DNA from: a bacterium
GTDB lineage: Bacteria > Zhuqueibacterota > Zhuqueibacteria > Residuimicrobiales > Krinioviventaceae
DNA: 64,000 bases
Direction: 5' to 3'
Assembly (NCBI GenBank): GCA_963675755.2
Contig: CAXXMD010000003.1
Coordinates: 1,280,001 to 1,344,000 of the forward strand
Under the pieces are notes generated by a model that was given only the letters and a program-made list of their open reading frames with translations, had not been told where the DNA came from and made no database searches. Position 1 is the stretch's first letter. Every line of letters begins with the position of its first letter. The position numbers and the translations under genes are program-made. Below are positions 50,127 through 63,312 of this stretch, piece by piece.

Positions 50127-50152
50127 ACTCTCACAGAGGCAAAGTCACAGAG
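50127..50152 (+). repeat. Left inverted-repeat end flanking the ORF at 50184
   Basis: ACTCTCACAGAGGCA matches the reverse complement of 50946-50960 at 14 of 15 positions. Confidence 0.65.
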
Positions 50153-50183
50153 AAAAAACATATCTACTTTTTCAGGAAACGGA

Positions 50184-50924
50184 ATGAATTTATTTTATTC
50201 AATACTAATATTACTGATCCCTCTATTTGCCAGTGCAAAACCAAATTTCGATGAAAACATTCAAAAACCGTACGGGGATAGAAGGTTTGCAGGGGATTAT
50301 GTCTCTTATTATTGCCATTTTAATATCCCGTTTTATATGAGCTATTTGGGAGATGAGGTAAAAGCATCATCCTGTTTTTATTCCGGTTTTGCAAGTCAAA
50401 TTGGACAGTTTCAATATACCCGAAAAATAAACGATACCATGAAATGGGGATGGGGCTGGGGATTACCTTTATTGACCCTTTATCTGGAAAAAGAATGGTC
50501 AATTGTCGATACAAAAGAATTTACTACAAGCTTAATGCTGGGAGGTTGGCCAGTTTCCGTCAACACCAAAGTGTTTGTACCGTTCATTCAAAGAAAAAGA
50601 TGTTTACAAGGGGGATCGGTAAATTATTTTTTTTACTCGGGAGGTTATTCCATAGATCAATTATATTTGCTATCGCCTTTTTATCCCAGATCGCATATTT
50701 ACTCGCTGAATTATGAAAGTTTGGTCAAGCTGAACAGCAAAGGCACTTTAAACTTGATCTTTTCCCTGGGAGTTAATTACCTTTACATGAGTTACATACA
50801 TATGGGTATAATAGAAAATGATCCTTGGGCTACAACCTGGGCTGAGTATAAAAATTTTACAAATACTGATACGCAATGGGAAAAAAGGACCGCCTGGAAT
50901 GCTTCTATCGGCATCAACTTTTAA
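50184..50924 (+). CDS. Hypothetical secreted, possibly outer-membrane, protein
   Basis: Signal peptide ending ASA; aromatic-rich; ends ASIGINF; no family recognised. Confidence 0.65.
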   Translation: MNLFYSILILLIPLFASAKPNFDENIQKPYGDRRFAGDYVSYYCHFNIPFYMSYLGDEVKASSCFYSGFASQIGQFQYTRKINDTMKWGWGWGLPLLTLYLEKEWSIVDTKEFTTSLMLGGWPVSVNTKVFVPFIQRKRCLQGGSVNYFFYSGGYSIDQLYLLSPFYPRSHIYSLNYESLVKLNSKGTLNLIFSLGVNYLYMSYIHMGIIENDPWATTWAEYKNFTNTDTQWEKRTAWNASIGINF

Positions 50925-50931
50925 TCTTTTT

Positions 50932-50964
50932 CCTTGGCTTCTCAGTGCCTTTGTGAGAGTATTT
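50932..50964 (-). repeat. Right inverted-repeat end flanking the ORF at 50184
   Basis: ...CTCAGTGCCTTTGTGAGAGTATTT; a degenerate direct copy (GTGAGAATATTT) lies at about 50098-50120. Confidence 0.6.
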
Positions 50965-51033
50965 CCCAAAAGTTGAACTTGATTGGGATGGAAAAATATC
51001 TACAATTTCAAGTTAATACAAGATTCAATTTAA

Positions 51034-51059
51034 TGCCCGGCACTTGTGGGTGCCGGGCA
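51034..51059 (-). terminator. GC-rich hairpin after the GH106 gene
   Basis: TGCCCGGCAC-6nt-GTGCCGGGCA; weak T-tail. Confidence 0.6.
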
Positions 51060-51066
51060 AGCAAGA

Positions 51067-54000
51067 TCAATCCATAAATAATTTATCAAGTTTTAACAAT
51101 TGTTTTTCCAGTTCAGGGCCTTTATAAGATATTTCAAAAGCCTGGCTGCCGCCGCCATCAAAATAATGGATCAATATAGAGTGTTTACCCGGTTCCAGGA
51201 TTACATTCCCTTGGCGCTCCTGCAAACCGTGCTCTCCACCATTATCCACAACAAGATTGCCATCAATATAGAGCAAGCTGCCATCATTAGAGTTGAGATA
51301 GAATGTGTACGTACCGCTCTTGTCAATTTGCAAATTTGTGTTGAATATAAATGCAAATTGCGCATTTCTTTCTTTGAGTTTATTTATATCCATTTCATAG
51401 GATTTACCGGATTTTATTGCAGCAAGTTTTTCAAAATCCGGAATATCATTCCAAAATCCTTCATAGTATTTATAAGAAACGCCATTCTTTTTACTGCTAA
51501 CAATATTTATGCTTTGTTCTGCAATGTCACTTTCTATTTTCCCTTTTTTAAAAGCCTGTGCTTTTATGGTAGTACTCTTTTCAACAATAAAGGGTTTGCT
51601 GTATTTAGCAGAAGAAAGCTGGGGATCGCTACCATCAAGTGTGTAATGAATTTCTGCTCCTTCTGTAGCGCAATTTAAACTTATAGTTGCAGGTGAATCA
51701 ACATATAAGGATTGCACGGATGAAAATTCCGGTTTTGCAACTTTATAATCACGCCAATAAACACGCTGTCGAGGACCTGAAATTTCAATAACTATAAAGT
51801 TTTTGAACAAACCATAATCTATAAAGTTATAATCGCTGCCAGCAGGCTCATGTTCTGGGGCCGCTTCAAAAGAACTTGGCCAGGCACTTCCCCGGGTGTT
51901 GCCGATATGGTGGGGTCCCAACTGATTTTTCAAAGTCCCGTATACAGATACGGACATCTGGTTTTTGCCAGGTTTTATATAATCCGTAACATCCAATTCA
52001 TAAGGTGGAGAGTAAACCAACCCGGCGGGAGTGTTGTTAATTTTCACTTCGGCAACGCTGCCAGCCCAGTCAGTCAGCTTGACCACATATCGTTTGTTTT
52101 TTGAATCCAAAGTATATGTGCTGGTATATTCCACACCATCTGAATAAAAGGGAATTCCCTGGTTTTTCCAGCTATCCATGGATAGTTTTTGAGAAGGTAT
52201 CAACTTCCAGCCTTTGTCCTGAGATTCCAGATTAAAATCACCCAACAGATAAATGGGTTCCAGTTCAGCATGTACAGACATGGGAGATACTGACAAACGG
52301 ATTTGATTCTCACCCGGCTTTATATAGCTGCCAATTTCATATACACCAATAGCTCTGTCCAGCCAATATTCACCTTCAATAGCCTTTACGGGGTTACCAT
52401 TTATGGTAACCGCCCACAACCCGGGGCGTTCAATAGCAGCTTTTATTGTATTTGTGGTAACATTTTTATCAACATCAAAGTGAAAAACCGCACTAAATCC
52501 GGTGTCTATAGAAAAAGTATCCCGATCCAGAATTGCGGATTTATATTGCACTGATGTACTCCAGGGATTACCTTGAAAGCCGTAATGACGGAAAACCTTG
52601 TCCGCGGCTTTAAAGAAATAAATATCCTTGTCTGTTTTTCCATCGAGCGTCAGATCACAAAAATCCAGGGTAAGGGTGTTGGGTGCAAGGCGTTTGATAT
52701 CCGGTTTTGTTACAGGGTCCAGAATTCGAATTTCTGCATTTTGCTGCGGGGCCGTAAAGGTCTCTCCGGAATTTCCGACATATAACAAGAGACTTCCTGC
52801 GGGTGGGATATCATAGCTTACATTCAGGTTGCTGCCATTTTGTGCCGCGGGATAAGGTGAAAAAGATCCCGTCTGCGGATCCAGTTCCTGAAGCGATTTT
52901 GCCTGAAGGGTAAAAGAACCGATTGACCAGGTTTGCAGATCTGTATTGACCAGATAGACGAGCTGACCGTCATCCAGCATACGTCTGTGATGAAATAATT
53001 TACCACCCGCTTTTTCAGGGGATTTGAACTGAATCGTCTCGGATTCCAGCTTATTAAGTATATCCGAAGAAAGGGACTTGGCAAAACCCCATTTTTTTGT
53101 AAAACCGATATCGCTGGCATCCTGCCCATCAACGAATTGAGGAGAACCGTTAAAGGAAATGACTTTTCCGCCATTCTCAGTGTATGTTTTTAACAAATCC
53201 ATAACGTCTTTGTTGTAATTTTCAAATGAAGGAGGAATGACGATCTGTTTATAAGCCCGTTCTCCTATAATAAATTCATCCCCTTTAACTTTTCCCCAAT
53301 TTTTAATGATATATTCTGAACCCAAATCATATTCAACCTGATATGCTTCCAGATCAGTTACAAATTTTTGGAAAACGGGCCCCAATTTATCATATTGCGG
53401 ATTGGGCTGCGTTGGTGAAAAATATAACCACGATGTTGTCGTCGGCTCAAGTACCAGGATGTCGTTTACCTGTTTGCCTGAAGAAAGCGCTACAGACAAT
53501 CTGCTGAAATAATCTCCCTGCGTTTTATAGAATTTCCACCAGGGTTCATGGTAAGAAAAAGATTGCGGATGGTCACGCTTTCGTGCCCCGGCTATAGTTA
53601 TATAAGACAAATGCTGATCGAGAAAATTGACACCCAGTACATATTCCCATTCACCAATACGTTTCATATCTTCAAATGTCAGGTCCCAGCCACCAGCGCC
53701 ATAAGTCTCACTCAGGGTACGGGTGCGGCCCAATTGATTGGCAACACTGGCAAGTTCTTTGACGATTCTTACATTGCCAAACTGACCATTTACACTTTCG
53801 CTGTACTGATTCATCAATAAATCAATTGCAGGTACCTGGTGCCAGGCGTACATGGCCATATTGTCGGATCCGTTTAAAGGCTTGGGCCAGTCATGGTCCC
53901 AATAGTGTCCGGTCCATTTTAAATCGTGGTTTTCACAATACTCGTACCAGAGCTTACTCCAGCGCTCGGTAAACAGCTCTAACAACAGAGAATAGTAATT

Positions 54001-54870
54001 ATGACGGACTACTTTCCAATCTCCCACCTCCTGGTACAGAGAAGGCAGATTGGATTTTAGATCGTATCCCCAATGTTTTTCAAAATCATCAAACAATGTT
54101 GGTGTATATTTAATACCACCCGGAGGACTGATATTGGGTTCGTCCGTAAAGATACCCGGTACCCGTTTGCCGAACTCCTTGCCAATTGCTTTTTCATAAC
54201 CGGTCATGGTCACATCGATGAATTTTTCAGTCACTCCCGGATACAAGAGATCCACATACGAGTAGCCGCCGTTCCAGGGAGATTTCCCATAATAGGTTTT
54301 TTTAAACAGATAATAATCACCGTTTTGGTTCAGCTCGTTTTTAGCTGTGCTTGTAATATCTGTAAAAACACCGCCCTCTTTTTTCAGTATGATGGCATAG
54401 TTACCCATGTCACCGGAAAGTTGAGAGGCCTGTTCCATAACCAGTCCCTGGCCCTGGTTGTATGACTCGGGCATTTGCGCGGGAACGTTACCACCAGCAA
54501 AACCACTGGGATACGAGTTTTCATCGTAAAGCCATACATCCATATCCCTCTCTTTTGCTTTGTCTACTGTATACTTGCACAGTTGATACCAGCGGTCAGA
54601 CAGATACGGGGTTTTTAAACCGGGACGGGGGTGAATAAACACACTGTGAATACCGCCCTGCTGCATTTCCTGCAGTTGCAGATCGATCTCTTTTTCATCC
54701 ACATCATTGTTCCAGACCCAGAGCGGCGCGCTCGAGTATTCAACGGGCGGTTTTTGAAACAAGGATTCGATTTGTGAAAAAGAAGTAACGGTTTGAGACG
54801 CGGATACAGATCCGGCGAGGAAAAATAGAAAAAGCAGGAAAACAAGGTAGAGCAGAACGGGTTTTTTCAT
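51067..54870 (-). CDS. Secreted GH106-like glycoside hydrolase (alpha-L-rhamnosidase-like) with Fn3/chitobiase-like and PA14 domains
   Basis: APLWVWN, HPRPGL, WLYDENSYPSG, FTDEP and SETYG motifs; IHYTLDGSDP; SNDGSLLYIDG (PA14). Confidence 0.8.
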   Translation of the reverse strand: MKKPVLLYLVFLLFLFFLAGSVSASQTVTSFSQIESLFQKPPVEYSSAPLWVWNNDVDEKEIDLQLQEMQQGGIHSVFIHPRPGLKTPYLSDRWYQLCKYTVDKAKERDMDVWLYDENSYPSGFAGGNVPAQMPESYNQGQGLVMEQASQLSGDMGNYAIILKKEGGVFTDITSTAKNELNQNGDYYLFKKTYYGKSPWNGGYSYVDLLYPGVTEKFIDVTMTGYEKAIGKEFGKRVPGIFTDEPNISPPGGIKYTPTLFDDFEKHWGYDLKSNLPSLYQEVGDWKVVRHNYYSLLLELFTERWSKLWYEYCENHDLKWTGHYWDHDWPKPLNGSDNMAMYAWHQVPAIDLLMNQYSESVNGQFGNVRIVKELASVANQLGRTRTLSETYGAGGWDLTFEDMKRIGEWEYVLGVNFLDQHLSYITIAGARKRDHPQSFSYHEPWWKFYKTQGDYFSRLSVALSSGKQVNDILVLEPTTTSWLYFSPTQPNPQYDKLGPVFQKFVTDLEAYQVEYDLGSEYIIKNWGKVKGDEFIIGERAYKQIVIPPSFENYNKDVMDLLKTYTENGGKVISFNGSPQFVDGQDASDIGFTKKWGFAKSLSSDILNKLESETIQFKSPEKAGGKLFHHRRMLDDGQLVYLVNTDLQTWSIGSFTLQAKSLQELDPQTGSFSPYPAAQNGSNLNVSYDIPPAGSLLLYVGNSGETFTAPQQNAEIRILDPVTKPDIKRLAPNTLTLDFCDLTLDGKTDKDIYFFKAADKVFRHYGFQGNPWSTSVQYKSAILDRDTFSIDTGFSAVFHFDVDKNVTTNTIKAAIERPGLWAVTINGNPVKAIEGEYWLDRAIGVYEIGSYIKPGENQIRLSVSPMSVHAELEPIYLLGDFNLESQDKGWKLIPSQKLSMDSWKNQGIPFYSDGVEYTSTYTLDSKNKRYVVKLTDWAGSVAEVKINNTPAGLVYSPPYELDVTDYIKPGKNQMSVSVYGTLKNQLGPHHIGNTRGSAWPSSFEAAPEHEPAGSDYNFIDYGLFKNFIVIEISGPRQRVYWRDYKVAKPEFSSVQSLYVDSPATISLNCATEGAEIHYTLDGSDPQLSSAKYSKPFIVEKSTTIKAQAFKKGKIESDIAEQSINIVSSKKNGVSYKYYEGFWNDIPDFEKLAAIKSGKSYEMDINKLKERNAQFAFIFNTNLQIDKSGTYTFYLNSNDGSLLYIDGNLVVDNGGEHGLQERQGNVILEPGKHSILIHYFDGGGSQAFEISYKGPELEKQLLKLDKLFMD

Positions 54871-55023
54871 GGATTTCTCCGGTTAGGATTGAGTGAGCAC
54901 AAGAATGGTTCGTTAAATTTTTAACTATTCAATTAATATATTCTGGCGGAAATATGCAAGGGAAAATAATGTGGAAAGTTTTAATAAGGTTGAATTTTTT
55001 AATTTGCAGATTTAAAATATTAT

Positions 55024-55053
55024 CTCTGGCCGAAATCTAATTTTCGGCCAGAG
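55024..55053 (-). terminator. Hairpin after the substrate-binding lipoprotein gene
   Basis: CTCTGGCCGAAA-6nt-TTTCGGCCAGAG. Confidence 0.6.
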
Positions 55054-55069
55054 TATATGTATAATATGT

Positions 55070-56308
55070 TTATTCACCCTGAAAGGTAAATGCCTTTGTC
55101 CATTGATACGCATCGTTACTACCGGTCACCTGCCAGAAATCAAAAGGACTGCTGGCGCGATCGCCGTTATCGTTCAAAATAATGTCACCACTGACGGCAT
55201 CATAATTTTCTAAAACGCTTAAAAACACTGATTTTATATCATTAATATCATCGCTGTAATTATCGTCAATTCGGGTCAATGCTGCAGTCCAAAAAGCATC
55301 ATAGAGAACAACGGCCCAGGAATAGGGAGTGTACCCGATTTGTTCTTCAATCCGGTTGCTGACAGTTTGTCCGGCAGTGGTATAATTTTCAGCCATGATG
55401 GGAGAAAAGAATCCGACTTTAGCGGCAAACGATGCAGCAGTCGAGTCAACCAACAACGCCTGATTTTGTACCATACCATCGCTGCTGTACCAGCTCATTT
55501 TATCCAGGCTGGATTTGTCAGCAGACAGTTTTAACAGATCTATTCCCTCTTCAAAGCAAAGGCAGGTCATGGCAACATTGTCTGAATCTCCGGATGAAAT
55601 TGCATTTTCCACCAACGTGTTTGATCTGTTCAATGCGTCTTCAAGCTCTGTTGTAGAATAACGGGGATCATAGCCGATCTTTTCAAGTATTGAGCCCCCG
55701 AGTGCGATAAATGCGGATTCAAAGGCTTCCGCCAAACCGCTGCCCCAAATATCACCGCGATAGAGCACAATAGATTTATTCACAGACTGCTGAACCATAG
55801 ATTGGGCCATTGCATTTGCAAGATAATTATCATCCGGAACAAGCCGAAAGATATTATCTTTCTGCGAAAGTTCAGCAGAGGTACTTGTTTGATTAATTAA
55901 TAATATGTTGTTGTTATTGACATAGCTTTCTACTGATTGCAGATTTGCGCTGGTACCAGAGAAAACAACAATCTTTATATTGTTTTCATTAAAAAATTCC
56001 AGGGCATCTTGAATGTCCAGAGCGGAAAATTTGCTGTCCCGGATCTCTGCATGAATATATTTACCTATTCCTTGTTCGGTAAGATATTGGTTTACATCCT
56101 GCAATGCCAGATCAATGGCCGCAATTTCCGGATCTTTTAAGAGGGGGCCACTGCCGGTCATGGGGATGATCACACCCACACTCAATGTGTCTGTTTTTGT
56201 ACTCGTGTCAGGTGACACCGGATCAGAATCTTTACTGCAAGCTGTCATTAAAGACAGAAAGGGTAGCGTTATGATGATACATAAAATGAGTATATATTTT
56301 TTTTTCAT
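55070..56308 (-). CDS. Type I periplasmic-binding-fold lipoprotein (LivJ/branched-chain-like)
   Basis: Start reassigned to MKKKYIL; lipobox MTAC; VGVIIPMTG, NIFRLVPDD, LYDAFW and NGDR motifs. Confidence 0.8.
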   Translation of the reverse strand: MKKKYILILCIIITLPFLSLMTACSKDSDPVSPDTSTKTDTLSVGVIIPMTGSGPLLKDPEIAAIDLALQDVNQYLTEQGIGKYIHAEIRDSKFSALDIQDALEFFNENNIKIVVFSGTSANLQSVESYVNNNNILLINQTSTSAELSQKDNIFRLVPDDNYLANAMAQSMVQQSVNKSIVLYRGDIWGSGLAEAFESAFIALGGSILEKIGYDPRYSTTELEDALNRSNTLVENAISSGDSDNVAMTCLCFEEGIDLLKLSADKSSLDKMSWYSSDGMVQNQALLVDSTAASFAAKVGFFSPIMAENYTTAGQTVSNRIEEQIGYTPYSWAVVLYDAFWTAALTRIDDNYSDDINDIKSVFLSVLENYDAVSGDIILNDNGDRASSPFDFWQVTGSNDAYQWTKAFTFQGE

Positions 56309-56328
56309 GGATTTCCCTCGACAAGTCA

Positions 56329-56838
56329 TTATAATGAACCTTTTTCAATGGATAAGCTAACAGTCCATACACGATTTTGGGGTTGAAAATAAAGTCTTCC
56401 ACTACCGGTACCCGGTGCGGTGATAGTTGATATATTATTATTACTATATCTTGAATCAAAGTACCATAGTGCAATTGCGGCAGTACCTTTATTAATCATT
56501 TTACATTCACCGCGATAAGAATAACTCGATCCTTTGTAATATGCCTTTCCGCTATAAACATTGTTGGTTTTATTAAGGAAATAGTAATAACGTTCATTGT
56601 CCCTCATAACCAGGCTGTAATCATCCCAGTTGACCTCATCCATGGTTTTGGCTAGTTTGCTTTCGGATTCTGTATCCGTTTCACGAAGCGAAGGGGTTAT
56701 CTCTATTTCATTGGCATTACCACTCAGCTCGGGTGAAACGGGTGTTGCCGTTTCCATATTGCTGTTGTCTGAGCAGGAAATTGAAAACAGGACTATTATT
56801 ACGGTAATAATGGATAAGAAAAAAGCATATTTTTTCAT
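56329..56838 (-). CDS. Hypothetical lipoprotein
   Basis: GAGG RBS, lipobox SISC, acidic low-complexity linker and a Tyr-rich beta domain. Confidence 0.7.
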   Translation of the reverse strand: MKKYAFFLSIITVIIVLFSISCSDNSNMETATPVSPELSGNANEIEITPSLRETDTESESKLAKTMDEVNWDDYSLVMRDNERYYYFLNKTNNVYSGKAYYKGSSYSYRGECKMINKGTAAIALWYFDSRYSNNNISTITAPGTGSGRLYFQPQNRVWTVSLSIEKGSL

Positions 56839-57096
56839 TTCGAGTTCCCTCATTATTTTGAATGTTTTAATGAATTTAGAGTTGTAGATTCTATGTCACA
56901 GTTTAGCCATAACATAGCAAGGACAAAATAGTGTATCGTATTGTTTTTATATATGATACGTTATTTTACGTGTTGTTAGTTGTAAAAATGTTTCAACAAT
57001 TATGCCATGCAAGGGTTGGGGAAATATTAGTAATGTGCTTAGGAAATATGGAGGATTATTGGTCAAAGGTTATCTAGTTTGTATACCTGGCACTTG

Positions 57097-57127
57097 AAAA
57101 AAAGCCCCCGACCTATGGATCGGGGGC
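57097..57127 (-). terminator. Rho-independent terminator after the GH2 gene
   Basis: On the minus strand: GCCCCCGA-loop-TCGGGGGC followed by T7. Confidence 0.85.
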
Positions 57128-57152
57128 AAATGAAATGAATTTCGTTCTATTA

Positions 57153-60434
<3,282 letters not shown>

Positions 60435-60534
60435 TTAAGAAAATGATAATTGCTGTAAAAAACAATGGAATAATGAAAAAATCAGCAGGTTGCTGCCCAC
60501 GAATAACACCGACCAGCATGAATGAAGGATTTTT

Positions 60535-60565
60535 GATCATGACAGAGATAATCTCTGTCACGAAC
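60535..60565. repeat. REP-like palindrome family P1, copy 3 (left of the DUF262 island)
   Basis: GATCATGACAGAGATAATCTCTGTCACGAAC. Confidence 0.85.
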
Positions 60566-60826
60566 AGGTGGAGCTAAAATCTTGCGACACTGCGTTTTTC
60601 ATTTAAATACAGGGCAAATCTAATCTTTATATTTAGGTTGCAATATTCTGTAATAATTAGTATTAATATATAATACGGTGGGATTCTCTGGGCGGGAAGT
60701 ATATCAATTGATTTATTTTGTAGTACAATGCAATTTGGGAAATAGAGTAACAAGTTATTTTTAATTTGTTGTCCTTTTTAAAATTCGTAAAGTATTATAT
60801 TGTAATTAAAACAGGGGTTTCATTTA

Positions 60827-62512
60827 ATGATTAAAACACAAACTTATACTTTTGAAGAACTTTTTAATGGAAATTATTTTCATGTCCCAAAATTTCAACG
60901 AGCATTTGCATGGAGAAAGGAACATGTAAACGATTTTTGGGATGATATTACAGAGGCAATAGAGTTTAACAGAAAGCATTTTTTGGGTTCACTTGTTTTA
61001 CAGGCTGGTGAAAACAATTATCATTACAATATTTTTGATGGTCAACAAAGGTTGACAGTTGTTGTCTCTTTAATAAGTATTATTAGAAATGTGTTAATCA
61101 GTTTTGAAACAAAAGATATTCAATTAAACAATGATATTCAAAGTTTAATCAATGATACCCAAAAATATTTATGGAATAACCAAAACAGACTATTTTTATT
61201 ACCACATGAACAATATCAAAAAATTTTCAAAGAATACCTTCGAAAGCCTTATTCGACTCTTCAAGATAAACGTTTTAGGGCCAATGATTTTTTGCGTAAT
61301 AATGTTTTTAAAAATTTATCACAAAAGATGTCAAAAGAATTGGAAAGTTTTACGACTCTATCAGATAAATATATATTTTTGAATAGATTATTTCATTTTG
61401 TTAGTGATAGTATTTATTTTGTTGTTATTTATGCTAATAATAATTATTCTGAAACAATACTATTTGAAACATTGAATTATAGGGGAGCATCACTCAAAGT
61501 TGAAGATTTATTGAAAAGTATCGTTTTTGCTAAAGCTGATGATCAGGAATCTCTAACAAATGTGGAAGCAATATGGAAAGAGAATCTTGAATTGATAGAA
61601 AAAAACAGGTTGTCATATACCGAATTTTTAAAATATTATTGGTCTTTTCGTAATTCAAGAGTTGTAGAAGGCAATCTATATAAAACCCTTAAACGAGATA
61701 TTGAAACAGATAATGTTAATATCTCTGAATATATGAAAGAAATGAACCATTATTTAAAACTTTATGTTCGAATTGCTTTCCCAAAGAAGTTTAGTACCTG
61801 GAAAAATAATGAAAAAATTCAAAATTCATTAGAAGCGTTATCTTTGTTTAAAGCCAAGCAGTGTTATCCAGTTCTTTTATCACTTTTTTCATTTACAGAA
61901 GAAAAGACAGATCCTGAGATTCGTAAATTGCAACAAAAATTAGTAAGTTTTTTAGAAAAGTTTTTTTTCAGAATGCTTATTTGTAATCAAAAGATCCCTA
62001 ACGATGTTATTTTATTATTGATAAAGTCTTCAAAAGAAATTAGACTAAACCCTAAAATTAAAATAGATTTATTAATACAAGAATTGCGAACTTCAATGCC
62101 TGATGACAAAATATTTGAGCAAAGTTTTTCCACCTATGTCTCTCCAAATAAAAATACGAGTTTCTATATTCTATATAAAATTGAACTGTTTTTATCTGGT
62201 AGAGCAGCACCTGTTACCGACAATCCAAAACAGGTTAACGTTGAACATATAATGCCTCAAACATTACCTAAACGGGGCTTTACTCAAGTCATAAAATATC
62301 ATAAAGCTTATTTAAATCGGTTGGGAAATCTTACGTTGCTAAGTAAAAGTTTGAATGTTACTAATGGAGCATTTCTTCAGAAAAAAAATAAATATTACTC
62401 AAAGTCCAGTGTAAAAATGACACAACAGCTCAATTCTTATGACAAGTGGCGGAAAAAAGAAATGAACGATCGGCAAAAGGAACTAGCAAAAAAAGCGCTG
62501 GAGGTTTGGTAA
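60827..62512 (+). CDS. DUF262 + DUF1524 (HNH) protein, GmrSD/SspE-like putative defence nuclease
   Basis: VPKFQRAFAW, DGQQR, FETLNYRG, VEHIMPQ and RLGNLTLL..SLN motifs; visibly AT-rich. Confidence 0.88.
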   Translation: MIKTQTYTFEELFNGNYFHVPKFQRAFAWRKEHVNDFWDDITEAIEFNRKHFLGSLVLQAGENNYHYNIFDGQQRLTVVVSLISIIRNVLISFETKDIQLNNDIQSLINDTQKYLWNNQNRLFLLPHEQYQKIFKEYLRKPYSTLQDKRFRANDFLRNNVFKNLSQKMSKELESFTTLSDKYIFLNRLFHFVSDSIYFVVIYANNNYSETILFETLNYRGASLKVEDLLKSIVFAKADDQESLTNVEAIWKENLELIEKNRLSYTEFLKYYWSFRNSRVVEGNLYKTLKRDIETDNVNISEYMKEMNHYLKLYVRIAFPKKFSTWKNNEKIQNSLEALSLFKAKQCYPVLLSLFSFTEEKTDPEIRKLQQKLVSFLEKFFFRMLICNQKIPNDVILLLIKSSKEIRLNPKIKIDLLIQELRTSMPDDKIFEQSFSTYVSPNKNTSFYILYKIELFLSGRAAPVTDNPKQVNVEHIMPQTLPKRGFTQVIKYHKAYLNRLGNLTLLSKSLNVTNGAFLQKKNKYYSKSSVKMTQQLNSYDKWRKKEMNDRQKELAKKALEVW

Positions 62513-62547
62513 AAAATTGTTTAATATCGATTTATGTGGGATTGATT

Positions 62548-63081
62548 ATGTCAAAAAAATTTTACGTATTAGCATCATTACATGATGAATCAAATTTTGG
62601 TTGGGTTTGGCTTCCTGAATCATCAAGTAAAGAATACAATTCAAGAGATCTTGTAAAAATTGAAGCAGAAAAGACAGGTAAAAAAATATATACAATTTGT
62701 CGAATTATTGATGATAATTTTATAAGAATTTATCATAATAGACTTAAAAAAGATTGTGGCAACGATAGAGACAATAATAAGAGTGATAAAGATTATAACT
62801 GTGATGAAAATGAATGTAATAAAATAACAGGAAATGGTTACAATATTGTAATTTCTGATTATTATCGCGCTAAACTGGGTATTGATAAAGGCGAAAATAG
62901 TTTGATTTTTACTAAAGTTAGTAATAGTAATATTTTCGCAAAAGTAAAATATCTACTAGAGCACCCTGATAATGCAATTCAGATAGCTGCATTTCTTGCA
63001 ATCGCATCAATATTAATTAGTTCAATAGGCATACTTTTAAGTTTAATATTTTCGAAAATTAATATTATTGTTAATTTTTAG
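62548..63081 (+). CDS. Hypothetical protein with a C-terminal TM helix
   Basis: ATG at 62548, 35 nt after the DUF262 stop; hydrophobic C-terminus. Confidence 0.7.
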   Translation: MSKKFYVLASLHDESNFGWVWLPESSSKEYNSRDLVKIEAEKTGKKIYTICRIIDDNFIRIYHNRLKKDCGNDRDNNKSDKDYNCDENECNKITGNGYNIVISDYYRAKLGIDKGENSLIFTKVSNSNIFAKVKYLLEHPDNAIQIAAFLAIASILISSIGILLSLIFSKINIIVNF

Positions 63082-63115
63082 TATGCGTTTCCTCGATTCT
63101 CAATTTTATTAAATA

Positions 63116-63146
63116 ACTCGTGACAGAGATAATCTCTGTCACGATC
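63116..63146. repeat. REP-like palindrome family P1, copy 4 (right of the DUF262 island)
   Basis: ACTCGTGACAGAGATAATCTCTGTCACGATC. Confidence 0.85.
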
Positions 63147-63262
63147 AGGGGGGTAAAAGCTCTGCGTTGAATTGGATACCCATCCGGTGCTTTAAAACGG
63201 CCAGTCCGACATTCGTCGAACTGGCCTGCTCTGCAACCGGCAATATACTTTTTTAAATATGG

Positions 63263-63312
63263 CGGTCCTTCGATACACTCATGCGCCAGGGCGCATTCGT
63301 ACTCAGGAACCG
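63263..63312. repeat. REP-like element family P3, copy 2
   Basis: CGGTCCTTCGATAC...ACTCAGGAACCG with an inner hairpin ATGCGCC-ag-GGCGCAT, directly after the GH78 stop. Confidence 0.65.

Noticed and set aside
54944-54958. Sigma54-like TGGC...TGC motif
   Set aside because: It points away from the nearest gene start and matches the consensus poorly.
60495-60527. CCACGAATAACACCGACCAGCATGAATG as a left end of another repeat-flanked cassette
   Set aside because: No matching inverted partner was found in the window.
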